NCBI GenBank assembly: GCA_965223795.1 | Contig: CBDCXL010000002.1 | Coordinates: forward strand, 2,784,001 to 2,848,000 | DNA: 64,000 bases | Reading direction: 5' to 3' | DNA from: Nitrospinales bacterium | Lineage (GTDB): Bacteria > Nitrospinota > Nitrospinia > Nitrospinales > VA-1 | Part shown: positions 9,187-18,571 of the stretch, one piece after another | Numbering within the stretch: the first letter of the stretch is position 1 | Layout of the letters: each line of letters opens with the position of its first letter | The notes under the pieces: model-generated | Database searches by the model: none | Seen by the model: the letters and a program-made list of their open reading frames with translations, nothing else | Told to the model about the DNA's origin: nothing | Position numbers and translations under genes: made by a program

Positions 9187-10506
9187 TTATAACGGCGTGC
9201 CGGAAACCTGCTCGCCGGAGACGGCGTCGATGCGGACCGGCACCAGCCGGTTTTTCAGCGAGTCCGGGCCGGGCACGGCGACGGGGATGTAGTGCTCGCT
9301 GTGGCCCTTGAGCCGGCCCTCGGCGTCCCGCTGGTTTTCCAGCAGCACGGTGGCGCTGCGGTCGATGAACTTTTGCCGGAACGTGCGGGATTTTTCCCGC
9401 GCCAGCTCGGTGAGGATGCGGTTGCGTTCCTTTTTGACGGCCTTGGGCAGGTTTTCCTTGAACCCGTGGGCTTCGGTGCCGCGGCGCGGCGAATAGCTGA
9501 ACACATGCAAATAGGAGAACGGCAGCGAGGCGATCAGAGTGCGCGTGTTCTCAAAGTTTTGGTCGCTCTCTCCGGGAAAGCCGACGATGACGTCCGCGCC
9601 GAGGCCCAGATCCGGCACCGCCTCCAGCGCCCGGCGGGTGACGTCGAGATACTGCGCCGAATCGTAGTTCCTGCGCATGCGCGTGAGGACCGCGTCGTCG
9701 CCGCTCTGCAGCGGGATGTGAAAATGCGGGCAGAGCCGTTCGTGATCGGCCATCATGGCGATCAGGTCGCGGTCGATCTCCATCGGGTTGATGGAGCTGA
9801 TCCGCACGCGGAAATCGCCTTTGAGCCTGAGAATATCTCTTACAAGTGAGGAAAAGGTTTCCTTCGGCGTCAGGTCCATGCCCCAGGTGCCGAGGTTGAT
9901 GCCGGTGAGGGTGATCTCGCGGAATCCGGCGGCGGCGGCTTCCTTCACGTTGTGCAGGATGTTTTCGCGCGAGTCGCTGAGCGAGCGGCCGCGCGCGCGC
10001 ACCACAGTGCAGAAGGAGCATTTCTCCTCGCATCCCGTCTGCACCTTGATGAAGGCCTTGGTTTTGCCCAGAAACTGCGACACGGGCAGTGTGCGGAACA
10101 CGCGTTTTTTGAGAATGTCGGTCTGGTGGATGTGCGCCGGGCCGGGCTGCTTGAGCGGATTGCCACTATCGATGCGGTTTTTTATGACGCGCGCGATCTC
10201 CAGTTTGTTGGCGTTGCCCAGCACGATGTCCAGACCCTCGATGCGGGATGCTTCCCCGGGCGCGAGCTGGGCGTAGCAGCCGGTGAACACCACCAGCGCG
10301 TCCTCGTTGATGGCGAGGGATTTTTTGACGGCGAGCCGGGAACTGTAATCGCTGCGCTGGGTTACCGAGCAGGTGTTGATGACGTAGATGTCCGCGCGGT
10401 CTTTGGCGCCGACAATGGAAAAACCTTCCTCCTGCATCAGCGCCTGCATCTCCGCGGTGTCGTGCTGGTTGGTGCGGCATCCCAATGTGGCGAACGCGAC
10501 TTTCAT
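9187..10506 (-). CDS. mtaB: tRNA t6A37 methylthiotransferase
   Basis: TLGCRTNQ, INTCSVT, GCYAQ, radical SAM CEEKCSFC, HVFSYSPRRGT, C-terminal TRAM-like region. Confidence 0.92.
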   Translation of the reverse strand: MKVAFATLGCRTNQHDTAEMQALMQEEGFSIVGAKDRADIYVINTCSVTQRSDYSSRLAVKKSLAINEDALVVFTGCYAQLAPGEASRIEGLDIVLGNANKLEIARVIKNRIDSGNPLKQPGPAHIHQTDILKKRVFRTLPVSQFLGKTKAFIKVQTGCEEKCSFCTVVRARGRSLSDSRENILHNVKEAAAAGFREITLTGINLGTWGMDLTPKETFSSLVRDILRLKGDFRVRISSINPMEIDRDLIAMMADHERLCPHFHIPLQSGDDAVLTRMRRNYDSAQYLDVTRRALEAVPDLGLGADVIVGFPGESDQNFENTRTLIASLPFSYLHVFSYSPRRGTEAHGFKENLPKAVKKERNRILTELAREKSRTFRQKFIDRSATVLLENQRDAEGRLKGHSEHYIPVAVPGPDSLKNRLVPVRIDAVSGEQVSGTPL

Positions 10507-10665
10507 GGCGTTGGGTTTCCTGTGGTCCGGATCGGCTCAAGCGGTTTGAATCAAATCGATTACAAGCTCACATCCTAGCCTCGGCCCGGCTGCAAAGCAA
10601 CCTTTTTAAACAGCCCGCCCCCGGTTTCGGCCTGTTTTAAAGCGGTGCGGCGCGGTTGTGGGGTC

Positions 10666-10694
10666 TTGACCGCCTACGGGGAGTCTGTTACTAT
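10666..10694 (+). promoter_or_regulatory. Sigma70-type promoter for the fis-glmU-glmS operon
   Basis: TTGACC-17-TACTAT with extended -10 TG. Confidence 0.6.
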
Positions 10695-10775
10695 CGCCGC
10701 CTAAACCAGTCATGATGAAATCGAGTTCTTCTTGTCCTGCCGGCAACCGGCAATCCGATCCCTCACCCCCCAATC

Positions 10776-11042
10776 ATGAACCGAGTCAAAAAGAAAACCA
10801 CGACGTTTCTGGAAAAATGGCTGCACAAAACCATCAAGGATTACGTATCGCATATGAACGGCGATCAGAACGGCCACCTGCACGAGTTGATCATCGGCGG
10901 TGTGGAAAAACCCCTGCTGGACCTGGTGCTTTCTGAAACTAAAGGAAATCAGACCCAGGCGGCGAATATTCTGGGAATCAACCGGAACACCTTGCGAAAA
11001 AAGATCAGCGACTATAAGATTAAATGCAAAGAAAAAGCCTAG
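10776..11042 (+). CDS. fis: Fis-family DNA-binding protein
   Basis: VEKPLL...GNQTQAANILGINRNTLRKK. Confidence 0.85.
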   Translation: MNRVKKKTTTFLEKWLHKTIKDYVSHMNGDQNGHLHELIIGGVEKPLLDLVLSETKGNQTQAANILGINRNTLRKKISDYKIKCKEKA

Positions 11043-11776
11043 CCGTCCTCATTCTTGCCGCGGGCAAGGGGACGCGGATGAATTCTTCGCTGGCGAAGGT
11101 GCTGCAGCCTCTGGCGGAGAAACCGCTTTTGCATTATGTTCTCGATACGGTGGACGCGATCGCGCCCGCCCGTTGTGTCGTGGTGGTCGGATTTCAGGCG
11201 GAGGACGTCAAGGCGCGGTTTCAAAACCGCAGTGTGGAATTCGTGGAGCAGAAGGAGCAGCTGGGGACCGGTCACGCGGCGATGCAGGCGGAATCCTGCC
11301 TGGCGGACTTTGACGGGGACGTGCTCATTCTGTGCGGGGACATGCCCCTGATGCGGGCGGACACGCTGAAAAATCTCGTCCAGACACACCAGCAAACCGG
11401 GGCCGCCGGAACGGTGCTGACTCTTAAGGCAAATGACGGAAAAATCAGAGATTTTGGCCGCATCGTCCGGAATTCCGAAGGCGCGGTGCAACGGATCGTC
11501 GAGCACAAAGACGCCAGCCCGGAGGAGAAAAACATCCAGGAATACAATTCCGGTGTATACTGTTTTGATAAAAGCCTGTTATTTAAGGCGTTATCGGGGG
11601 TCGGCCGGAGCAACGCCCAGGGCGAGTACTACCTCACCGACACGATTCAATTCATTGTAGAGAACGAACTGCGTCTGGAGTCGGTTCAGACTGCGGATGC
11701 GGATGAAATCTTCGGCATCAATTCGCGCGAGGATCTGGAACACGCGGAAGCGCTGGTGGCGCAGGGGCGTCCCTGA
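11024..11776 (+). CDS. Stand-alone GlmU N-terminal domain (GlcNAc-1-P uridyltransferase)
   Basis: ILAAGKGTRMNS..KVL, EQLGTGHA, GDMPL, NAQGEYYLTD, GINSR; ends without the left-handed beta-helix domain. Confidence 0.85.
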   Translation: MQRKSLAVLILAAGKGTRMNSSLAKVLQPLAEKPLLHYVLDTVDAIAPARCVVVVGFQAEDVKARFQNRSVEFVEQKEQLGTGHAAMQAESCLADFDGDVLILCGDMPLMRADTLKNLVQTHQQTGAAGTVLTLKANDGKIRDFGRIVRNSEGAVQRIVEHKDASPEEKNIQEYNSGVYCFDKSLLFKALSGVGRSNAQGEYYLTDTIQFIVENELRLESVQTADADEIFGINSREDLEHAEALVAQGRP

Positions 11777-11822
11777 AGCGCGTGAGCGCCGTTTTGTGAT
11801 TTCGATTCAGGAGAGCTGATTC

Positions 11823-13028
11823 ATGAAAGCCGTTATCTTGGCCGCGGGGAAGGGATCGAACCTCAATCCTTTTTCCTCCACGCGTCCTTTGCCCATGCTG
11901 CGCGTGGCCGGCCGGACTCTGTTCGACAATTCCCTCAATCTGTTGCAGCAGTCCGGCGTCAACGACATCTTCGTGGTGGTCGAGCACCAGAAGGAAAAGC
12001 TGATCCAGGAGATCGGCGAGCACGTGAATAACGGCTTCAACCTGCATTACGTGGAGCAGGGTAAAAGCTCGGGCATCGGCAACGCCGTGCTGAAGGTGAA
12101 AAATAAGATCGCGCCGGGCGAGTATTTCCTGCTCATCTACGGCGACACGGTGACGGCGGCGAACATCTTCACCAAGATCCAGCAGTCCTTCCACGCGTTC
12201 AAGTGCCCGGTGGCGTCGATCTGCCTGCCGCCGTCGAACGAGATGTTCGGCAACGTGTTTCTGAACGCGCACATGAAGATCACGCAGATCATCGAAAAGC
12301 CCAAAAGCGAGGATCTGGGAAATTACGTTCTCTCCGGGGTGTACATCCTGCCCAGCTCGTTTTTCAAGACGCTGGAATCCAGCAAGGGCTCGATGGAGAA
12401 GGCGCTCAAGAAAATGGTGGAGACCGAGGGGCTCATGGCCTCGATGTGGGAAGAGGAATGGCTCGACATCGTGCACCCCTGGGAGATCCTCAAGGCCAAC
12501 AAGATCATCATGGATTCCTGGCAGTCCTCCTCCATCGCCCAGTCGGCGGTGCTGGAATCGAACGTCACCATGCAGGGAACGGTGGTCATCGAGGACGACG
12601 TGGTGGTCAAGGCGGGCGCGGTGCTGGAAGGGCCCTGCTGCATCGGCAAGGGCAGCTACATCGGCAACAACTCGCTGATCCGCAGCTACACGTCGCTGGG
12701 GCAGAACTGCTCGGTGGGCTACGGCGTGGAGATGAAAAACTGCGTGGTGCTCGACAACTCCCACATCGGGCGGCTGTCGTTCATCGGCGACAGCGTGCTG
12801 GGAGAGAAAGTCGATGTCGGCGCCGGCTGTATGACGGTGAACCGGTCGATCGACTGGCAGCCGATATCCGTAAAAAACGGAACCAAAAAGGTGGATTCGG
12901 GAAACGTCAAACTCGGCGCCTTCATCGGCGACGAGGTGGTCGTCGGCGCGGGCAACACGATCCAGCCGGGAACGGTGGTGCCGCCGGGCAAGGTGCTGCC
13001 GGCGTTTTATTCGGTCAAACACAGCTAA
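11823..13028 (+). CDS. Archaeal-type sugar-phosphate nucleotidyltransferase/acetyltransferase (GlmU-like)
   Basis: MKAVILAAG start, WLDIVHPWEIL linker, hexapeptide repeats, SFIGDSVLGE, KLGAFIGD. Confidence 0.85.
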   Translation: MKAVILAAGKGSNLNPFSSTRPLPMLRVAGRTLFDNSLNLLQQSGVNDIFVVVEHQKEKLIQEIGEHVNNGFNLHYVEQGKSSGIGNAVLKVKNKIAPGEYFLLIYGDTVTAANIFTKIQQSFHAFKCPVASICLPPSNEMFGNVFLNAHMKITQIIEKPKSEDLGNYVLSGVYILPSSFFKTLESSKGSMEKALKKMVETEGLMASMWEEEWLDIVHPWEILKANKIIMDSWQSSSIAQSAVLESNVTMQGTVVIEDDVVVKAGAVLEGPCCIGKGSYIGNNSLIRSYTSLGQNCSVGYGVEMKNCVVLDNSHIGRLSFIGDSVLGEKVDVGAGCMTVNRSIDWQPISVKNGTKKVDSGNVKLGAFIGDEVVVGAGNTIQPGTVVPPGKVLPAFYSVKHS

Positions 13029-13047
13029 TTCTGATTCGAGTCGAGCT

Positions 13048-14868
13048 ATGTGCGGTATCAGCGGTGTGGTGGGATTGAACAACATATCAGAGACGCTGCT
13101 CGAAGGCATCCGCAGCCTGGAGTACCGGGGCTACGATTCCTGCGGCGTCGCCATGATGAACGGGAAATCGCTCCTCATCAAGAAGAACATCGGCGGGGTC
13201 GAGGAATGTTTCCGCAAGGAGAACATCCTGTCCCACAGCAGCAAGATCGGCATCGCGCACACCCGCTGGGCGACGCACGGCAAGGTGACGCGCGACAACA
13301 CGCATCCGTTTCCCTCCTGCGACGGCCGCTTCGCGGTGGTGCACAACGGCATCATCTCCAATTACCGGCCGCTGCGTGAAAAACTCAAGGCGGACGGGCA
13401 CACGTTCACCTCCGACACGGACACGGAGGTGATCCCGCACCTGCTGGAAAAATTCTATAAAGAGACCAAAGATCCGGAACAGGCCCTGGTCAAGGTGCTG
13501 CACCTGCTGGAAGGCACGTTCGCGCTGGCGTTCATCACCTCCTACGCTCCGGGACAGATCTTCTGCGCCAAGCGGGAATCGCCGCTGATGCTGGGGATCG
13601 GCGACGAGGCCAAGTACATCGGTTCGGACTTCAACGCCTTCATCGACCAGACCAAAAACGCCATCATCATCGACGACGGCGAGTACGCCATCGTGTCGCG
13701 CGACTCCTACATCGTGAAAAACGCGGTGACCGGACAGGAGATCAACAAAGAGATCACGATCATCGCCTGGGACAGCGAGACCTCCAAGAAGGGCGGCTAC
13801 CCGCATTACATGCTGAAAGAGATCTACGAGCAGCCGCAGACCGTGACCACCGCGCTGGAGCAGGACCCGGCCCCGATGGAAGAGGTGGCCGAAATGATCC
13901 TAAAGAGCGACAAGACGCATCTTGTCGGCGTGGGCACGACGTTTTACGTGGCCAATTACGGCAACTACATTTTCTCCAGCCTGGCCGGCGAGTACCTGCC
14001 GACCATCAGTTCCGACGAGTTCATCCAGCTTGCGAACGTGGACAAAAACAGCATGGTGATGGCCATGTCGCAATCGGGCGAGACCTACGACACGCTGTCC
14101 GCGCTCAAGCACGCCAAAAAGCAGGGTGCCAAGACCGCCGCCGTGGTGAACGTGATGGGCTCCTCCATCGCCAGGATGGTGGACAAGGTCATCCTGCAGG
14201 GCTCGGGCCCCGAGATCTGCGTCATCAGCACCAAGGCGGCGCTGTCGCAGATGCTCATCCTGACGCTGATCGCGCTCAAGCTGGCGGTGAAGAAAAAGGC
14301 GATGACGAAAAAGGTCTATCAGAAGCACATGGCCGCCCTCAAGGAGCTGCCCAGCATCATCCAGAGCATCCTCAACGAACGTTCCGGGTTCATCCACCGC
14401 ATCGCCAACCGCTACAGCAAGACCCGGCACTGGCTGTACCTGGGGCGCGGCATCTACTACCCGATCGCGCTGGAATCCGCTCTCAAGATGAAGGAAGTGG
14501 CCTACGTGCACGCCGAGGGCATGCCCGGCGGTTTTTTGAAGCACGGCACGCTGGCGATGATCGATCAGGACATCTACTCGATCGTGTTCATCCCGCCGAA
14601 AGAGGACAAGCAGCTCTACGAATCGACGCTGCACAGCGTCGAGGAAATCCGCGCTCGTGCGGGCTTCGTGCTCGGCATCCATTTCGATGAGCGCGGCAAG
14701 AACAAGGATCTGTTCAGCGAAGAGCTGATCCTGCCGACCGTGCCGCCGATCATCGCGCCGCTCATCCAGATGGTGATCGGACAATTGTTCTCCTACTTCA
14801 CCGCCACCAGCCTCAAGCGCAACGTCGACAAACCCCGCTCGCTCGCCAAGTCCGTGACCGTGGGGTGA
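13048..14868 (+). CDS. glmS: Glutamine--fructose-6-phosphate transaminase
   Basis: MCGI, LEYRGYDS, HTRWATHG, SQSGET, PRSLAKSVTV. Confidence 0.98.
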   Translation: MCGISGVVGLNNISETLLEGIRSLEYRGYDSCGVAMMNGKSLLIKKNIGGVEECFRKENILSHSSKIGIAHTRWATHGKVTRDNTHPFPSCDGRFAVVHNGIISNYRPLREKLKADGHTFTSDTDTEVIPHLLEKFYKETKDPEQALVKVLHLLEGTFALAFITSYAPGQIFCAKRESPLMLGIGDEAKYIGSDFNAFIDQTKNAIIIDDGEYAIVSRDSYIVKNAVTGQEINKEITIIAWDSETSKKGGYPHYMLKEIYEQPQTVTTALEQDPAPMEEVAEMILKSDKTHLVGVGTTFYVANYGNYIFSSLAGEYLPTISSDEFIQLANVDKNSMVMAMSQSGETYDTLSALKHAKKQGAKTAAVVNVMGSSIARMVDKVILQGSGPEICVISTKAALSQMLILTLIALKLAVKKKAMTKKVYQKHMAALKELPSIIQSILNERSGFIHRIANRYSKTRHWLYLGRGIYYPIALESALKMKEVAYVHAEGMPGGFLKHGTLAMIDQDIYSIVFIPPKEDKQLYESTLHSVEEIRARAGFVLGIHFDERGKNKDLFSEELILPTVPPIIAPLIQMVIGQLFSYFTATSLKRNVDKPRSLAKSVTVG

Positions 14869-14901
14869 CACGCTGCGTCGTCACCGGCGTTGCTTTTTCG
14901 C

Positions 14902-14930
14902 TTGACGGATTAGCCTGCCGTTTTTACAGT
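14902..14930 (+). promoter_or_regulatory. Sigma70-type promoter
   Basis: TTGACG-17-TACAGT upstream of the CDS at 15100. Confidence 0.45.
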
Positions 14931-14997
14931 GAGCGTTCCCATTCACCTGGAAACGAGGCCTTTGCATATTCCCGCCCGAAGAGAAAAATATAATTTA

Positions 14998-15057
14998 TTG
15001 TCGTCCTGAGCTTGTCGAAGGGCGCTTGATTGTGCTTCGACAGGCTCAGCATGACAA
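14998..15057. repeat. REP-like palindrome
   Basis: ttgtcgtcctgagcttgtcgaag ... cttcgacaggctcagcatgacaa imperfect 23-bp inverted repeat. Confidence 0.75.
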
Positions 15058-15099
15058 CCAATGAGACATGTGCAAAGGTCCCAAAAACGGAGGCGAGAT

Positions 15100-15540
15100 A
15101 TGAGTTCCCGCAAAACCCTGGCCTGGATTCTTTCGATCGGGCTGCTTTCCACTTCCTGCGCCACGAGCACGGTGACCAGCGACAAACCGGATCTCATCCC
15201 CGAACCCCGTTCGGACGCGCGCGGGCCGAAAAGCTACTGCCGCCGCAGCGGCGACAACGAACTGGTAGTCAAAGTGCGCAACCAGAGCGACGTGGACGCC
15301 CGTAAAACGTCCAAGACGCAGGTCAAGTATTCCTCCGGCGGCGATTTCAAAAAGCCCACCGACGCGCTGCCGGGCGGGGTGTCGGACGGCGTCGTGTTCC
15401 CGCTGCCGGGAAGTTGCTTCAATCCCGACTGCAAGTTCACGATCCAGGTGGACGCGAACGACGACATCCAGGAGAGCCACCGCGACGTTCCCGATGAGCA
15501 CGAGTTCAACAACAAGGTCGAAGGACTGTGTGAGGGGTGA
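15100..15540 (+). CDS. Lipoprotein with CARDB/Ig-like domain
   Basis: GGAGG RBS, LLSTSC lipobox, VKVRNQ..IQVDANDDIQES..EFNN. Confidence 0.7.
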   Translation: MSSRKTLAWILSIGLLSTSCATSTVTSDKPDLIPEPRSDARGPKSYCRRSGDNELVVKVRNQSDVDARKTSKTQVKYSSGGDFKKPTDALPGGVSDGVVFPLPGSCFNPDCKFTIQVDANDDIQESHRDVPDEHEFNNKVEGLCEG

Positions 15541-15665
15541 TTTCTTTCACGGGTCATTTGTTGCACTACGCACGGTAAGAAAAGAGTGTTTTGCAATGAA
15601 TGAGGTTTAATGGGAGAAAAACAATCCATGGGTCTCGTTCAAGACCCCTGGATTGCTTAAGCTGG

Positions 15666-16676
15666 TTAAAGCTCGGCGTCGATGTCAACGAACGCACTGT
15701 CTGAAGTGCTTTGCAGGGCGGAAGCGTCCCCATTCACTAAAGTGGCACCTCCTGTTCGTGTGAAAATGAGCCGCCCGTTGAAAGAGGTGGATGTATTTGA
15801 GGCTAAAGTGCCTTGAGCCGCGGAGGTCAGTGTGGCGTCGAAAACCTGGTAATGCGAGTTGGAACTCACCGTAATATCCAAAGGGTTGGGAGCCACTCGT
15901 TTTTCAAAATAGGGGAACACCACGTCCACCCGGCCATTGGACACGCCCACCTGCCCGACGGCAACATATGAACCGTTGAGGTAATTTTGTCTTTCAAAGT
16001 ACCGCTGCGCCAGAGACGTCTCCATCCCGAGGGTCCGGTGCTCGTAATCGGAAACCTGCGAACCTTCTTCCAACTGGATTTGCCCCAGATACAGCTCGTC
16101 GTTCACGGCCGCGTCCGCATCGTCCACCCAGATGAAGACCGCGCAGTTCTTCATGTCCGAGTTGATGGAAATGTCTTCGATGCTGAACTTCTGATAGCTC
16201 GTGGAAAGGCTCAAGTTTACTGGGTCGTTTTGGTAAGACCAGTTTGTGGCCAAAGTGGGATTCGTCCCTTCGGCGTTCCAGGCGGAGACCACATCCGAAG
16301 TCACTGTGTCGGCCGTTCCGTTCCAGGACAGGACCGCGGCGCGGATGTTGCGGACCGCTCCCGCTCCCGTCTGAGCCTGAAAAGAGAGTGAGGCGGCGGC
16401 ATCGACGATCTGCTGGCAGTTGGCGTTTTCGATGATCTGCACGAAGCCGAATTTCTTGCTGGCGGTCTGCACCACGGCTTTTTGAGCGTGGCCGGATCCT
16501 TTGGGAGCGTCGGTCACCTGCGACACGTCCACCACGTCGTTGCCGTCGGAAAGCAGAATCCAGCGGTCGAGAAGATAGGTGTCGTCGTTGTTGTTGGGTG
16601 TGGTGGATGCGTCGAAACTGGTTCCACGCTGCGCGATGTTGAATTCTCCGTTGATGAGCATGTTTTTGTTCATCAT
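15666..16676 (-). CDS. Phage tail-fibre / carbohydrate-binding-like protein
   Basis: AAGGAG RBS; NMLINGEFNIAQRGTSF, LDRW, QIQLEEGS...EHR..E..LAQRYF, IDAEL end typical of this phage-associated family. Confidence 0.65.
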   Translation of the reverse strand: MMNKNMLINGEFNIAQRGTSFDASTTPNNNDDTYLLDRWILLSDGNDVVDVSQVTDAPKGSGHAQKAVVQTASKKFGFVQIIENANCQQIVDAAASLSFQAQTGAGAVRNIRAAVLSWNGTADTVTSDVVSAWNAEGTNPTLATNWSYQNDPVNLSLSTSYQKFSIEDISINSDMKNCAVFIWVDDADAAVNDELYLGQIQLEEGSQVSDYEHRTLGMETSLAQRYFERQNYLNGSYVAVGQVGVSNGRVDVVFPYFEKRVAPNPLDITVSSNSHYQVFDATLTSAAQGTLASNTSTSFNGRLIFTRTGGATLVNGDASALQSTSDSAFVDIDAEL

Positions 16677-16730
16677 GATGCGTCTCCTTTTTTCGAGAGT
16701 TGAAAAAGACCCAAAAGGGCCAGTGGGCAC

Positions 16731-16758
16731 AAAAAAACCGGACCCATGCGGTCCGGTT
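16731..16758 (-). terminator. Intrinsic terminator in the 5' leader of the tail-fibre-like gene
   Basis: aaccggacc/ggtccggtt stem followed by U7 on the minus strand, about 55 nt before the start codon. Confidence 0.7.
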
Positions 16759-17163
16759 GCTGTGAACACTTAAATTGAAAACGTGTGAGGCGGGTTTCAT
16801 GCAGGGAAACCGGTCGTGGATTTCCCCGCTAAAAAGTCAAAGGTCTATACTAAAGGTGGAGAAGACAAGGTGTGAAACTGTCAACCCGCATTCCCAAAAG
16901 GATTTAGGGAACGCAAACGTTAGGGTCTCCGAAAAGCAGCCATGCTCGGGGTACTTTTCGATGGAGTGATTGCTCGCCCCCCACGTTGCTGTTAAAAACT
17001 CACTGGCTCAGACATTCCGATTCTTTTCAACAATTTGTTGCGGGGGTGACGGCGTCTCTGCTAGAGTGGCCGTTTACTCAATTGCAATGCAAACGCCGCA
17101 TTCCCGCGCCGGGCAAGGAGACGGGCCTGGGGCAGGAACGGGCGTCTGCTTCAGGGAATTTGT

Positions 17164-18546
17164 ATGAGCAAAAAAAGGAACACAAAAAATGAAATCCAGA
17201 CCGCACTGACGATCGCGGGGTCGGACCCGAGCGGAGGCGCGGGGATTCAGGCGGATCTCAAGACCTTCGCGGCGCACGGGGTGCACGGCCTGTCGGTGAT
17301 CGCGTCGATCACCGCGCAGAACACACGCGGCGTGGTGGGCACCCATGACCTGACGCCGGAGGTGGTGGCTGATCAATTGGCGGCGGTGTTCGCGGATAAA
17401 AAACCGGATGCGGTCAAAACGGGCATGCTGGGAAACGAGGCCGTGGTCGAGGCGGTGGCCGGGAAACTCAAGGCCAGCAGGGTGAAAGCGCTGGTGGTCG
17501 ATCCGGTGATCCTTTCCTCCAACGGCAAAACGCTTCTGTCGCCCGCAGGGGTGGAGATGCTGTGCAGGCGTCTTTTGCCGCTCGCGGAACTGGTGACACC
17601 GAACCTGAAGGAAGCGGAAGCCCTTTCGGGCGTGTCCATCCGAAAACCCGCCGACCGGCTGAAAGCGGCGAGAGTCATTCTTAAAATGGGTGTCAAGCGG
17701 GTGCTCATCAAGGGCGGGCATCTGAAAGGCGACCCGGAGGATTTTTACACGGATGGCAAGATGTCGTTGACGCTGAAATCGCCCCGGCTCACGGACGAGG
17801 ACCCGCACGGGACGGGCTGCGTCCTTTCGGCGGCGATCGCCGCGGGACTGGCCTGCGGCAAAAAAACCGAGGATGCGGTGCACGTCGCCAAGGCGTTCAT
17901 CGGTGTGGCCATCGCCGGCGGGGTGCGTTCGGGCGGCGGGGCGTTGAACGTGAATCCCCTCGCGCCCCTGTACCGGAACGGCGAGCGGCTGGACCTGATG
18001 CGGCGGATGGCGGAAGCGGTCGCGGTGTTAAAGCGGGAACGCATCGGCAGCCTGATTCCGGAGGTGCAGTCCAACCTGGGCATGGGGCTTCAAGGTGCGC
18101 ACACCGAGGCGGACGTGATCGGCATCCCCGGACGCATCGTCAAGCTGGGCGAGGACATCCACACGCTGGCGGCGCCGGAGTTCGGCGGCTCACGCCACGT
18201 GGCGCACATCGTGCTGACGCTGATGCGGCACGATCCGGCAAAGCGGGCGGTGATGAACATCAAGTACACGGACGCGCTGCTCAAGATCTGCCGCAAGCTG
18301 AAGTTCAAGCTCGCTTCTTTCGACCGCGCCGACGAGCCGAAGCGGGTGCGCGAGGTGGAAGGCTCGTCGCTGGAATGGGGGACGGACCACGCGGTGCGGG
18401 AGTACGGCTCGGTGCCGGACATCATTTACGATCTGGGCGGTTTTGGCAAGGAGGAGATGATCCGGGTGATCGCCGAGGATCTGGAGTCTCTGGTGGAAAA
18501 AATCCTCAAAATCCACCGCCTGCACCAGAAAAGCCAGCGGAAGTAA
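17164..18546 (+). CDS. thiD: HMP/HMP-P kinase fused to ThiN-type thiamine-phosphate synthase
   Basis: [31 protein letters not shown]-terminal [34 protein letters not shown]. Confidence 0.92.
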   Translation: MSKKRNTKNEIQTALTIAGSDPSGGAGIQADLKTFAAHGVHGLSVIASITAQNTRGVVGTHDLTPEVVADQLAAVFADKKPDAVKTGMLGNEAVVEAVAGKLKASRVKALVVDPVILSSNGKTLLSPAGVEMLCRRLLPLAELVTPNLKEAEALSGVSIRKPADRLKAARVILKMGVKRVLIKGGHLKGDPEDFYTDGKMSLTLKSPRLTDEDPHGTGCVLSAAIAAGLACGKKTEDAVHVAKAFIGVAIAGGVRSGGGALNVNPLAPLYRNGERLDLMRRMAEAVAVLKRERIGSLIPEVQSNLGMGLQGAHTEADVIGIPGRIVKLGEDIHTLAAPEFGGSRHVAHIVLTLMRHDPAKRAVMNIKYTDALLKICRKLKFKLASFDRADEPKRVREVEGSSLEWGTDHAVREYGSVPDIIYDLGGFGKEEMIRVIAEDLESLVEKILKIHRLHQKSQRK

Positions 18547-18571
18547 ACCGGCGCCGGAAAGTGAAGCCGTT

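Noticed and set aside
16885..16960. c-di-GMP-I riboswitch (gggaacgcaaa resembles GGGACGCAAA)
   Set aside because: The GGCAAAC/GAAA P2 stem and downstream P3 elements are missing
15540..17160. Prophage
   Set aside because: Only one phage-like gene; no integrase, capsid, terminase or att repeats
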